From Sphaerodactylus townsendi (lineage: Eukaryota): a stretch of 64,000 nucleotides of DNA. Below the pieces are notes generated by a model. The model did no database searches and was not told the DNA's origin. It worked only from the letters and a program-made list of their open reading frames with translations. Made by a program: the position numbers and the translations under genes. Each line of letters starts with the position of its first letter. Positions within the stretch are counted from its first letter, which is position 1. The DNA is taken from positions 91,946,001 through 92,010,000 of the forward strand of contig NC_059430.1 in assembly GCF_021028975.2 (NCBI RefSeq), written 5' to 3'. This document shows, in pieces, positions 24,001-36,477 of the stretch.

Positions 24001-27000
24001 GGAACCCGCTTGCAGGAGTTGCAGGTGCACTCTGGCGCCCTCGGTGCCTTTGGTTTTGGGGTTTATCTTTCAGGGCGGTGGGCTTAAGGTCTTCTGGCCC
24101 CGGCCTGGCAGCATTCACAGGGTATCACCAGGGATCTCACTTTTCTGGAGCTGTTTCCCTTCTTGGTGGCCGGTGCACGCTCTGGCGACCGCACTTTGGC
24201 AAAAGTTCGAAGGGTGCTTTTCTTGGTGTGATAAATCCAGGCTGTGGTTCGTGAGGTGAACAGGCAGTCCTCTCCAGAAGTCGGCACGGGTCATGTAGCT
24301 TGGTTCGCCAAGTAATTTGGTTCTTACCTGCCTCTCTTTTAACATTTCCTTTAAGCTGCTTTCGTTCCAGGTTTTGCAGAATGAGATTGCTGACGCCTTT
24401 ATCCCAGCCAGCAGGTGGATCGCTTTTCGGCCCACCAGGCCGGAGCCTGTTCCTCGGGCGACAGTGCCGGGCGTCCCTCTGGAACCTTTGGCAGTTAAGC
24501 AGTCATCACAGGTGTTTTGAGCTTCGCTGGCACCGCCACATCCAGGAAGCACGACCGAGCCGTCACGGCGGGACTTCGCGTGAGTTTCGCGACGCGATTA
24601 CCGGAGGGATGCCGTCAGCGGCCCACGAGGGTGGACCATCGGCCTCCTCCGCCGAAAGTACCTGTTAACCGCTCCGATGGGCAGAGATGCACCCCGCCAA
24701 TTCATGGGGGGTGCAGCTGGCCGAGCATCGCCTTCTATTGCAGGGTCTCGGGTTTTCCGGGCCGTTACCAAGGCGTTAGTCCTGCTGCGCCCGGCGCTGG
24801 GGAGCTGGTTGGCGCAGGGTGGAAGCCCTGAGCAGAGAGGGATCTCAGGCTTTTTCCAGTCACCAGGAGCAGGTGCTTCGGCAGTCATCGGGGTGCTCAC
24901 GGCAGGTGTGCGCTTCCACGCTTTGAGCCGCTTGCTCTTCACATGTCGCTTAATCCACCTCTGGCAATAACAATTCATGGGGCTTTGCGGCCCGAACTGG
25001 TCGAGTAAGCTTCACTCAGGGATCGCGGCCTTCCAGCACCCGGGCTGCAAAGGGAGCAATCCTAGTCCTGTCTGGGGACATGGTCTATCGCCAAGTGGCT
25101 GGCTCTTTCAAGAAACCGACCAGGAGGAGGGTCGGCCCGGTGCGTGGGTCACCATGCCAGCCCCTACCGGCGACAGCCTGCCCTGCCCCATCCCTCCCAC
25201 TCACCATCGTGGCTCCGGCACAGGCTGCGGAGTCGGGTGGCATGCTCTTAGTGCATGAGGATGGGTCCCCTCACCAGGTTCCAGTTCACCAAATCTGGCG
25301 ATTGTTCGGGCATGCTCCGCCAGACTGGGCTGCCGGCCGCTTAATCTGGCCTGCAATTCCTTCAGGATAGGTGCCGCACGGCAGCTGCACAGTATGTGGG
25401 GCATGACGGGAAGACATTCGCTGCTGGGCAGGTGGTCCGGTCAGGGGCGCTTTCAGTACATATCTACCGCCCACCTGGACTTTGTTAATTCTTTCCACGA
25501 ATTCTCCAGGGCGCCCGCCAGGACCGTTCTATGTCGACAGGTGTGGGTGCGTGGGGCGGCACAACCACCAAAATCCGTGCTGGAAGAATATCGCCTGCAC
25601 TTCGGACTGGGGCCGGCTATCTCGATTTCAGGCGCCGTGAGGATTGTTCGTGGATGGGGGCAGGGCAACATGCTGTAGCATGAGCTGGAGCCCATAATAA
25701 TTCGAATATATTTTCCAGCGTCGTAGCTACACCGGACCTATTGGTCATTCATTTGGGAGGAGGACCTCCCCTGCCAGGTCGGGGCCTTGACCTGGCGGTG
25801 TGCGATGGCCACCACACTTCGAGACTTTGCCAGGCATGCGGCCTGGTATGACCTTTGGTTTGGTCTGGAGATGCTGCAGCTGGTCCACTGGAGGAGCTGT
25901 GGATCCCCACTGCTGTGAACCCAGGGCCTGCAGAAAAGGTCGTCAATCCAGGGCGTCAGCCAAGGTGGTCCCTCTCCTTGGGGGGCCCGGTGGCCCGGAC
26001 CACCTCCGAGATATCGGGACAACAGAGACTTCTTCGAGCCAGATGATGTCCGGGCCCTCATTCGACCTAACAATGGGGTTTGGACATGTGCTTCAGTCCA
26101 TTCGTTAATCCTTACTCTCCTCTGATGGTTGAGATAGGGACAGGTCTCAGGCTTGAGGGAGCTTGGGAATGTGAGCTGCGCAGGAGGGGAGCGGCTACGT
26201 CAGGCGGGTTTGCAAGCGGTGTCGCATTAATCTGGGAGAGAACGAAGCCTTCGGCTAGGGCTCCCGGAGCTTGCGCCCTCTATGAGGGCGGGGGGGGGGG
26301 TGGGAGGCGGGCAGGCTGGCTGGCAGGTCGGCAGGTCGTGGCAGCTGCCCCGACACCTCCCAGGGAGTGGGGTTGGGTTGGGCCGTGAGGCGACCATGGA
26401 AGCTTAGCTGCGCCCGATACCCCAGCAAGCAAGGCAGGAGGGCCCGGGCTGTAAAAGTGCTGACCTTGGGGCTTAATAGCGGTGCCCGGTCTCCTCAGCA
26501 TGGGCCCGAGGAGAAGAGGGTGGAAGCAAGGAGTGTTATCTGGGGGCTTCCTTCCGGCCAGTCCCATATGCGATGGGATGGGATGGGATGTGCGACCCCG
26601 GCTTGCACGCCCAGCCTCTTTTGTATATAGTTATTGGCTTCGTTATGTTTGATATTTCAATAAACAGGCTGCGCCCATTCCTTTTCCAGCCACCTGTCAG
26701 ATAAGTGAATTATTTATTGTGCAAAGTAAGTCTCACCATCTGCAGCAAATAAGATGCACCTGAATAACCACAGGGCAGTTTTCATTGCTGCTGGGGTGAG
26801 CAAGCGCCAGCAAAATAAAGAGCTGTAAGGTGGAAATTGCATGCTGCAGAACCCGGGTGCATTGATTGGCTCCCCAGCAGCTTTGGCGGCTGGAGGAGCC
26901 TAGGTATATATATGAGCGCCTCTCAGGTCCGGCGCCCTTCCCGTGAGACTCCAGCAAGGCGTGACCAGCCCTGCACCCTCCCTGTAACTTCAGCCAAGTT

Positions 27001-27563
27001 GGCGGGGTTTTCTTTTAAGGGCCTTTACTGTCGCCCGAAAGCTCTGGCGGGTTTACAGTAAACGGTAAGTCGCGACATCTGGGAGAGAGAACGAGGCCTT
27101 CCAGCCTGGGGCTCCCAGGCTTCGCTCTATGAGGGCGGGGGGGGGTGGGGGCCGGGCATTGGCTGGGCTGGCAGGCCGGCAGGCGGGTCAGCTGCCCGAC
27201 ACCCGGGGAGTGGGGGTTGGGTTGGGTCGGTAGGCTGCCATGGGCTTAGCCGGTGCCCGAGACCGCAGCAAGCAAGGCAGGAGGACGGCTGTGTGTGGCT
27301 CTTTGGGGCTTAGCCGTTGTCTCCTCTCGTAGCATGGGGCGGGAAGAGGGGTGGAAGCTAAAGGAGGTTATCTCTGGGGGCTTCCCTTCCCGCCAGTCCC
27401 ATATGATGGGATGGGATGTGCGACCCGTTTGCCGCCCAGCTCTTTTGTATATAGTTATTGCTGTTATGTTTGATATTTCAATAAACGGGCTGTGGCCCAT
27501 TCCTTTTCCAGCCTGTCGTCGTGGTGTATTTATTGTGCAAGTAAGTCTCACCATCTGCAGCAA
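21010..27563 (+). mobile_element. Ngaro-type DIRS (tyrosine recombinase) retrotransposon, near full length, ORFs frameshifted
   Basis: Split direct repeats: A1 21010-21220, B1 ~26203-26746, A2 26747-26960, B2 ~27046-27561. RT motifs KAMPMG (~23390) and THYLGDFL (~23495); RNase H NEIADA (~24380); recombinase LVHEDGSP..SFRIGAA..LLGRWS (25245-25470); SGNH-hydrolase-like remnants ~25530-26080. No TSD. Confidence 0.92.
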
Positions 27564-27569
27564 TGGCAC

Positions 27570-27778
27570 CTTATAATGGATTCCGGTTCTTTTTCCTTCT
27601 CTGCAGGACTTTGGGAAGCTATTGTCTGCACTGTGTCATTTGATTTAAGTTGCCACCCATCTCTTGGTTTGTGACTATGCACAGAGCACTGCTTGAAGTT
27701 TTCAAAGTTTCCAACATCCTCTTTTCCGTCCAATGTTTGCTTTTGCTTTTGGTTTATTGGAGTGTACCAAGCAACAGC
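27570..27778 (-). CDS. LMNTD1: LMNTD1 exon (AVAWYTPINQKQ...EPESIIR)
   Basis: AVAWYTPI matches the LMNTD1 A(I/V)AWYTPI motif. Acceptor ttccaatttag|, weak donor AAG|gtgcca. 209 nt, phase 0 to 2. Confidence 0.92.
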
Positions 27779-27818
27779 CTAAATTGGAAAGAAAGAAAAC
27801 AACTAATGTTCAGGCAAA

Positions 27819-27994
27819 TTGGCTGTTGTGAGTTTTCCAGGCTGTGCGGCCATTTCACCATGACATGCCCCTGAAGATGCCAGCCATAGATGTGGGTGAA
27901 ATGTTAGGAGCTAAAACTACCAGACCACAGTCACACAGTCTGGAAAACCCACACCAGTTAGTTGATTTTGGCTGTGAAAGCTTTCAGCAATACA
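27819..27994 (+). mobile_element. Penelope pLTR fragment with hammerhead motif (27868-27908) and short 5' inverted piece
   Basis: ccc-CTGAAGA-t-gccagc-catagat-gtgggt-GAAAtgtt-agg, flanked by direct repeat ttcaggcaaa (27809-27818 / 27995-28004). Confidence 0.75.
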
Positions 27995-28535
27995 TTCAGG
28001 CAAACTGTTTCTAGGGATGCCATATTCATACGCTTGTCAATTCCCCATAAAATGAAAGAGCAATTAAGAGCCAATTCACAGATTACAAAGGACTCTGGAT
28101 CATATATGGACTAGGGTTTCTGTGCTTCTCAGGCATGCATGCTTGCAATCTAGACCAGGATAGTGGCATGCAAAAGGGAGGGGCTTCAGCTTTCCTTCCC
28201 ATGCTGTTTTCCTGATTTGAAATAGCCCTGGGGAAATTTACTTCTAATTATGACTACACAAAAAATTCCCAATAGGACAAACAGCAGTTCCCTAGAACTG
28301 TGAAGGAAGGACAAAGTCCTCCTCTATGCATATCACTTTCCCCCTCTGTGCATACCACTGTCCCCCTCTGCATGCACCTGGGAAGCATGGAACCTCCAGC
28401 ACATATGTGATCCAAAATCTTTGTGGCTGGCAACCATTAGCACCCCGCAACATGTGCATCTGCTCCCAAAAAAGCTTCAGCTTCTCTTGCAGGTTCCCTC
28501 TCAGGTCCTATTTGTAATTTTTGTTCAGTTTCAGC

Positions 28536-28727
28536 CAGTGGTGGAATCCAAAAATTTTAATAACAGGTTCCGATGGTGGTGGGATTCAAACAGTGGCGCC
28601 GCTGCACACACACACCTCCAGTCCCTATTGGGCAGGGAGGTTGCTTTAGTGACCCCTTCTCGGCACTCAGAAAAAATTAGTAACCACTTCTAGAAAAGTG
28701 GTGAGAACTGGTTGGATCCCACCTCTG
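28536..28727. mobile_element. hAT MITE (related end at ~40310-40358)
   Basis: Perfect 8-bp TSD gtttcagc; TIRs cagtggtggaatcc / ggatcccacctctg. Confidence 0.9.
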
Positions 28728-29858
28728 GTTTCAGCCTTCTTGGAACATTTACAGTGTGGCCGTGGCCTCTAGAAGATCTCTGAAGAACTTCTGCAAGGAT
28801 AGCATTAGAATGTAGTTACATCCCTGACACTGCAGACCCTGAAACCTGAAGTAGCATCAGGCCCATAAATTTGAGGCCAGCGAGCAGGCTTCTACCTGCC
28901 AGGGAGGTGTTCACAAAAAGTGCCCTTTGGTAGATTAATTGGCGGGGGGTGGGGTGGGGTGGGGTGGGGCAGGGGAGTGTCCTCAAATTGAGTCCAGTAG
29001 TGGCAAGGAAACTGCTGCATGGCTCTCCGAGTTCCTTGAAAGGTGGCAAAGTACAAATAGGATAATTCTCGTTCATAATTCATTTATCTAATGATGATCA
29101 ACCCTGGTCAGTTCTGCCAAACCCAAATAAAATGTTTTGAGGCAGGAGATAAGACATTTCCTCCATGGAGTTCTGCCACTTTAGACGGAAACATTTTATT
29201 CCCAGCCTCAAAATGTTTTTATTTACGTGCTGTTTCCTAGTGATTTTTTTTCCTGAAAATGTTTTGAAAATGTTCTCATTTGCTGGGCGATTTCTTTAAG
29301 ATGTTTCCCACACCTCCCAGATGTCCTTGCCAGCACCATTTTTTGAGCTTGCACCTGCCCTCGCACTGTATTTCATCAGATTTTTTTTATTTTGTGGGGT
29401 TGGGCCTTTGAAGCTACATAGACACGACCACTAGAGAACTTTAGCATGAGGCTCTGAAACATCAGATCCACGGAGGTTTTGAAACGAACCGAATGACTAC
29501 AAAATGGTGGATAGGAATTGTTCTGAGGGGGTGAGGGCAAACAAATGAGTGGCGTTGACGACGTTTTCAATAATTTGTGGAGAATGGGCCATTAATTGCC
29601 ATTGAGCAAGAAGCTAGATTGCTTTGGTTTCTGACTTGATTGGCATAGATTTAAAAAATGTCCCAAGCTCCATAGTTTGGAACATTTTTTGCAATTGCAG
29701 AAGAAGCAAAGTTCAAAGACATACATGAATATCAATTCTCCATGCAAAGAGGAGATTTCCATCTCATTGCCTGCTCCCCCCCCCCTTTCCAGGTAACTTG
29801 CACAAACTGACTGGAAACTGCAAGTAAGATTGAGAGCAAAAGTTCTCAATAGCTAAGA

Positions 29859-30192
29859 CAGTGGCGAACCTATGGCACACATGCTGGAGGTGGCACTCAG
29901 AGCCCTCTCTGTGGGCACGCACGCACAGAATTCATCATGTAGGGTGGTGGAAAATCACCACCACCCCTACACACATAGGCTGGCCTGGGCCACTGGGCAC
30001 AACTCGTTCAAAGTGTTGCACGGTTGCTTCACCAAGCTTACTCCTGAGTAACGTGCGCCTCAGAGCCAACTGTTTTTTCTAAACTAAAACCACAGTATTC
30101 AGGTTAAATTGCTGTGTTGGCACTTTGCGATAAATAAGTGGGTTTTGGGTTGCAATTTGGGCACTCGGCCTCAAAAAGGTTTGCCATCACTG
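29859..30192. mobile_element. hAT MITE
   Basis: Perfect 8-bp TSD agctaaga; termini cagtggcgaacct / aggtttgccatcactg. Confidence 0.9.
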
Positions 30193-30257
30193 AGCTAAGA
30201 TATTTGAATATATAGCCTACTGCATCACTACTAGGAGGATGGTCCTAGGACACTTAC

Positions 30258-30377
30258 CTGCCCAGAAGGGTTGCAAAGAATGGTGGTACACTCTGGGCTC
30301 ACTATAAACTTGTCCAGATTTTTCCATAGAAAATGTATTGGAGGTTTATGAGTCATTTTAGAACTTGCTGTCCAAAC
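30258..30377 (-). CDS. LMNTD1: LMNTD1 exon, second half of lamin tail domain
   Basis: [40 protein letters not shown]. Acceptor ttgctgcag|, donor CAG|gtaagt. 120 nt, phase 0 to 0. Confidence 0.95.
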
Positions 30378-32282
30378 CTGCAGCAACAAAACAGGAAGCA
30401 GTCAGACTACACAAATATGATAAGGAAAAAAGAAGAAAGAACAAATATATTATCTGAATTTATACTACACAACTATACACCCTACTGGCTGTTGAGATTT
30501 AGTGCTGCAGTGTAATACATGGGACCTTGAAGCATACCAAAAACCTTTGTTATATCTGCTCTGTTTATTCAGTTTTCATACCCTGACACTAGTTGTGTAT
30601 CAAATATGATGTAACTTGGCAACCTCATAAAAATATAGACAAAGTAAACAAATAGACTTTGGCAGCATAACTTGTTCTTGCTATTGGGAGGTACATGCAG
30701 ACTTGTTTGTAATGTTTACCATTACAAATTTCAAATTTAAAAACATGCTTACAGAAATTCAGACCATCTTCACTGATCTTTACTGTTCTTGTTTTACATT
30801 TCTGGATTCTTTACACCTTCAGTGCTGGATGTGGTGAAAGAAACCTCTTATTCAGAAAATTAGTGACCTTTGTAATGTGTGAGCACTTATGAGGTACTCA
30901 AAGTATGCATAGAAGACTCACGTTAAATAAGGGCATAAATAAAGCCACTCAGTCCCAAGTGCAATGCGAGCGTGACACTGTTTAAGAGTTCAAAGTTTCT
31001 CAGTTTTCAAATTTAGTATTACATCACAGAGCTGAGCACTTTTAAAGAAACTCTGCTGACTGAAAGGAGGATGTTTCCTTGATACTAGATTAGATTTTTT
31101 TGGTCGCAGGTAGCTGAAGAAAGGGAAAAAAATCTTTTTCATGGCAAAGTCAGTACAAAACAGAGGACAAACAGGGAATTAAAATAACAATTTTATCAGG
31201 AATACCAGTTGTGCCAGAGAGCTGGCCAGAAGAGCCACAAAGTAGCAGGCTTGAAATCGCCAACTGTAAACTAGAAACAACTGGAAAGAGTGAGGCAATG
31301 AGGCCAGCACCTAAGCAGCTAGTTGAAAAGCAGCCAGGAATGCTGGGATTGGTGCAGAATAGGACAGCAGAGTTTATCAGTTACAGCTACTGGTGCAAAC
31401 CCCAAGACTGGGGAGAGATTTTTTTTAAAAAAATGGCTTAGGAGGAAGGAAGTGTGTTGATCCTGATGTGGGATGAGGCGTGGTGAAGGCAGGACAGTCT
31501 GGGGAGCCCTGCACTCTTCATGGCAGCAAAAAAATGAACAGCCCTGCTTGGCCTGAGGTGGCCTGAGAGTTCCTGCTGTGACAAGAAGGATTTTTGGGGT
31601 CTCTGCCTCAGGAAACAGGCTTTAGGTTCAGGCAATCACTGTATCCTCTGGCAGTTAATCACACTTTGCGTAAAGAAATATGTTCTTTTGTCCCTCCTGA
31701 ATCCACTGCCAATCAGCTGAATTGGATATTCTGTACTGAAAAAAGAGTTTAGGCCTAGGTCAGTTGAGTAGGTGATATTTCGATAGACTTTAGGCCAGAA
31801 CGGACTCTCAGATAGCTGATATGTGTAGAGGCTTGTGGTAATTTACATATTGAGAAATGGCTTGAGCCTTTGCTGTCCAAATGCTTGCCATAATGTGAAA
31901 AGATGGCGAGAAGAAGGGATAGGCTAGGTGAATGAGGAAGGAGGGGTTGATGAAGAACTGCAGAAGACAGTTTTTTTCTGAAGGGCAAAGCTTGTCTGAC
32001 AAACTTTGAACTTGTAGAAGGACACAACAGAAACAGGTGAATTGGATAGCTGGAAGAATTTCCATTTCAAGTACCACATTTGGGGTTTTTTGGACCAAGC
32101 ATGACAGGCTTGCAGTAAGGAAAGGCCCTTTCATGGTCTCGTGAGGTTCCTGACTTGGGTACCTCTCCCCCGCCCCTGAAAGCTTACAAAAATCCCAACC
32201 TCTAAGAGCTGGAGCCTCCAGTTACTCCCCCATATTTAGCTCTGTAGAAGTAGAATCTGTTTTTCTCTTTTATTTCACTTAC

Positions 32283-32469
32283 TTTTATTTCAGAATTCGC
32301 TTTCATTCTGATTCTTGGGGAGAATTTGTAAGTTGATCTTGGGTGCCCATTAAGGTTCTGCTGGAGGATATAGCCTCCAATATCCTCTTCTGTGCAACGA
32401 GAACTATTAATTATCTTCAAAAAACGGCCACTTGGATGAAGTTCAACAATTTTAAGGTTCCCAATAGCA
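32283..32469 (-). CDS. LMNTD1: LMNTD1 exon, first half of lamin tail (LTD, Ig-fold) domain
   Basis: Translates AIGNLKIVELHPSGRFLKIINSSRCTEEDIGGYILQQNLNGHPRSTYKFSPRIRMKANSEIK, a typical LTD sequence. Acceptor tattttag|, donor AAA|gtaagt. 187 nt, phase 2 to 0. Confidence 0.95.
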
Positions 32470-32594
32470 CTAAAATATAATAGAAAAATGTATTAAGTTT
32501 TCACAAGGGGTTTAGAATTATGTGTACAGTCACTCATGGATTATTTTGCAAGGAGTCTGTTTTTCATGAGGGAGCATTTAAATATGCAACATCC

Positions 32595-32824
32595 CAGAGG
32601 CATCTCTAGGGAAAATGTAGCCCAGACCCCCCACTCCCCCCATATGGGCAGCTGCCCTCCCCCACCACAGCCAAACAACTTTTTTTGCACCAGGTCTTGA
32701 AGTCAGTGTATGGACCCAGGGGGAAGGAGGAGGGGTGTGGGGGTGATTTTCTGCCCCATGTGACTGAATGGCCGCAGCCCAGGGACATTTGAATCCATAT
32801 GTCCCCCTGGGTGATACGCCCCTG
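32595..32824. mobile_element. Older hAT MITE
   Basis: Termini cagaggcatc / gatacgcccctg; degenerate TSD caacatcc/caactcgc. Confidence 0.6.
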
Positions 32825-33468
32825 CAACTCGCTCTCATAGGATTACTTGGGAAATTCCTGAAAGTTTGGGGGAATGCCTGGAATGGGCAGATTTGGGGAG
32901 GTGGCTCAGATGGGATTTAATTTCATAGAATTTGCCCTCTGAAGCTGCCTTTTCATTCAGAGGAATTGATCTCTATAGTCTGGAGTTCAACTGAAATTCC
33001 AGGATAGTTGTAATTGCAATGAATTAGCAGAGTAAATAATAGGGCAGAGATGCAAATGAGTCGTTTTGTAAAACTTTACTAGATAACCAATATACTTACA
33101 CTAAACATAGAAACAGCAAACTCTATCTATGCTAGTGCTCAGTCTGGATATCTGTGCAATCTATATGTCCCTGTTTGTCCGTCTTGAATGAATAAAGGAG
33201 AGACGTTTCCATAAGCTCATGCAATTCTACCCATGTGACTTCAACAGTTAACTCAACGGCAAATTTTCAGCTCAATGACAAATTTTCTGTTTCAAGCTCA
33301 GCGGAAGGATATCTTCAGCAGCACCGTAGCTTTACTGGCATAGAGATTTGAAGCAGTGGTCAAACATCTGCTTTGCCTGCAGCAGTTCCCAGGTTTGATC
33401 CCTGGCATCTCCATTTAAAAGGTTCAAGTAGGCGGTAATAAGAAAGGCTTCAGCCTGAGTTCCTAGAG

Positions 33469-33938
33469 CAGGGGTATCAAACATGTGGCTAGAGGGCCTT
33501 GAGAGAGCTTATTAGGCCCATGATCCAGTTGAATTACATTCCCACCCCTGCTCCCAATTGGGATTAAGTCCAGGAATGCCCCTGATCCCAATCTGGCCTG
33601 GTGAGTCCACATCTGCTACGGCACCCCCACTCCTGTGCTGACCACTTCCCCCAGTGCCATTCTGGGCTGAGGAGTCTGCAGTGGCCTTGCCAGCTGCAGC
33701 AGCCATCCCCCCATTGCTGACCACCTCCCCCGGTACCTATCTGGGCTTGCAGAGGCAGCTACCCCCTGCAACGCCAACAACCTCCTGCAGTGCCAACAAC
33801 CTCCCCCAGTGCCAATCTGGTCAGCAAGCCTGCTAGGGACTCGCCAGCCAAGGCAGCCACTCGCCACCCAGAACCTGGCCCAACCAAGTCACATTTATGT
33901 CCTATCTGGCCCTCATAACAATAAATTTGACACGCCTG
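33469..33938. mobile_element. hAT MITE inserted in a tRNA-SINE
   Basis: TIRs caggggtatcaaa / tttgacacgcctg; degenerate TSD tcctagag/ctctagat. Confidence 0.7.
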
Positions 33939-36269
33939 CTCTAGATAGCCACTGCCTGTGAGAGGACACTGACTTGGATGGACCAGGGGTCAGACACTAT
34001 AAGACCAACTCCATCCCAGGAAGATTTTTAAAAAAAAATAGAAATGCATATAAAGAAAGTTGACAACTGAATGACTAGTTTGCGCCTGGTACAACTGGCA
34101 GGGCTAATGAAGTGATCCTGGTGAAAACTGAAAACAATAACACTTTTTACAGAACATGCAGAAAAACAGGAAGGGAGCTTGTCTCTTGGGTCTTGCAGCA
34201 TTTCATTGCACTTTGTGCTTCTACTTATCTGTATAAAATTGCTCTGCTAGAAGTATTCTCAAAGGAGGACACAAAATAAGTAAAATACTGATTGCTTCTT
34301 TGTTGACCATTTGTGTTTTATTTTGGAGAGGTTCTGTATGCTTTTGATTTTAAGTATTTTGCATCTAAGCTGAACAGTGAAGCTGTTTTGTTCCAGGGAA
34401 CAGCACTTGTAACCCAAATCCATCATTATTATTAGCACAGGAAATAGGTCAAGATCCCAGAGATACACATTGTAAACAGCCTATTCAAATAATTTCTCTT
34501 CACTTAACTGGATGATCAGAGGACTGTAAGGGAATAATTTCTCAGGGATGGTCAGTTAGATCTGGTTTCTTCCAGACAACTGACCTATGTGAGACCAGCA
34601 AAACATTATTTCCTCTGGCTGACAGATGAGAGCAAACACTTCCTAAATTTGCAGTCAAAAAATGTCAGTTCATGCAGGTGATAGTCACATGGAGAAGGAA
34701 TGTAATTGTCCTATGAGTCACACTAATCCAGCACTTTAGCTTCTTGGCAGTTATTAGGAACCTGGGTCAACTCTGGTGAGTACACAGAGCAGGCATGAAG
34801 CTGGAGCTGAGTTTGTGATTTGGAGCTGGGAAAGGCAGGCTGGAGGAAAAGGCACTATAAGCGGAGTACAAATTTGACATGGTTCCTGCCAAAAACTAAG
34901 ATGGGACCATTTAAAAAACAACAACATCCAGTGCAAAAGGCAAGGGAAGAGGAATGTAGATGAGATATTAGTTTTCTGTCCCAATCATAACAGCTCTGCA
35001 TGCAAACGTCATTTTGCCTGCAAGCTGCTCCCATTTCTTTGTATTCAAACATTCCACAAGTTACATACCAGCTTGATTAGGCAAGAACTGGATATGATTT
35101 GATGCATGGCAGGGACTGTGCCTTGGAGGGTGGCACACGTTATTTCTAGAATTGTCCTAGATTTGGAGCTGCTTTTCTATAATATTCAGTTATTATGTTT
35201 TCACTTAAAACATACAGTAGTCCCTTCATCAGGGCAGAGCCAAGGGGACAGAGCTGTTAATTCATCGCACCAAACAAGGCACCCTTCTGGATCTGCACTG
35301 CCACCAGCGGATTCAAACTACGCTTGTGTCTGTGCTGAAGGGTATTGGCTTGGATCCAGCTGATGAATGTTTTGGTCCAGGAAGGGACACCTTTGTCCTC
35401 TTATGCTGCAGATGGCCAACAAGTCAAGACCCTGAAGTGCAGCATCACCCTGCAGGTTACGATTCACCTGTATGATCTCCCACCACCACCTGTAGCTACT
35501 CATTGGACTGCTATGACATCACAGATTTTTTTTAAAAAAAATTGTCTGCTAAGCAGGAAGACTCAGTCATGTTGTAAGAAAAGTTGAATTGGTGGCCAGA
35601 GTGGAAAACCTTGCATGGGGTGTATAGAGAGAAAGGGCATGTGTTACACAGAGTCTTTAGGAGGCAAGGCAGCCAAGGTTTGGGTTACATTGGATACAAG
35701 AAGTTCCAAGTGGAGAAAAATCTCGAACACGTTCTAGGGACAGGAAAATGAGAGCTGTAGAGAAGCAAAGAGGTTTAAATGCTATGTGATTCAAAGTAAC
35801 GAAGTAAGAGCCCTTTGGGGATTGGGCGGTATATTAAGTCAAATAAATAATAATAATAATAATAATAATAAGATTGACATACATATTCCTCCTATATTGC
35901 TTGAAGTTCATCACATTACCATATCCCTCAGTCCATAACACTGCCAAATTACAAGTTGTTTTTTGAAATTCCCTTTAATTATGTTTTGCTATGGGAGGAA
36001 GGAGATCTGTTTGAAAAACAGAAATTCAAAGTCCCTCAGGTACAATGAACTAGATGCATGGTTCTTTGGATCCCAGGCTTTGATCGGGACATAATAAACC
36101 GTTTAGATCCAACAGAAATGCCTGGGGGAGTTCCTCAGCAAGACCTGCCTGTGTTGGTCTTCTCCAGCTGTTATTCAGGAATTTCGTGTGCATGGAACCT
36201 TGAGCAGAAATAGATGGAAAAAATTACGTAAGCTTCTGATAGAGTGTTTCCCTCATAGCATAGCCATAC

Positions 36270-36477
36270 CTGCACGCAGAGGAACTGAAGGATTTTGCAG
36301 GAACAGGCTTCTCTTGGGCTTTTCCCGCCATGAGGTCCCACAAGGAGGGGGCTTCCCTGCCCTTTGGAAATAAATCTGGGATGTGATCCTGACCTTGACT
36401 GAGAATATTGCTTTCATGACTGAAAGAACTGGGGCACACATTTTCTTGATTTTGTGGGGTATAGCTGCAACTGGGAC
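36270..36477 (-). CDS. LMNTD1: LMNTD1 exon (GPSCSYTP...SQGQDHIPDLFPKGRE...SSSAC)
   Basis: Acceptor ttttgcttgacag|, donor TGCAG|gtatgg. 208 nt, phase 1 to 2. GQDHIPDLF resembles the GEDYFLSLF motif I recall preceding the tail domain in human LMNTD1. Confidence 0.8.

Noticed and set aside
36050-36200. Minus-strand 50-codon ORF with an acceptor (SMHTKFLNNSWRR...EPCI*)
   Set aside because: It lies inside the intron after exon 36270, is out of phase with it and has no recognisable homology. At most an alternative terminal exon.
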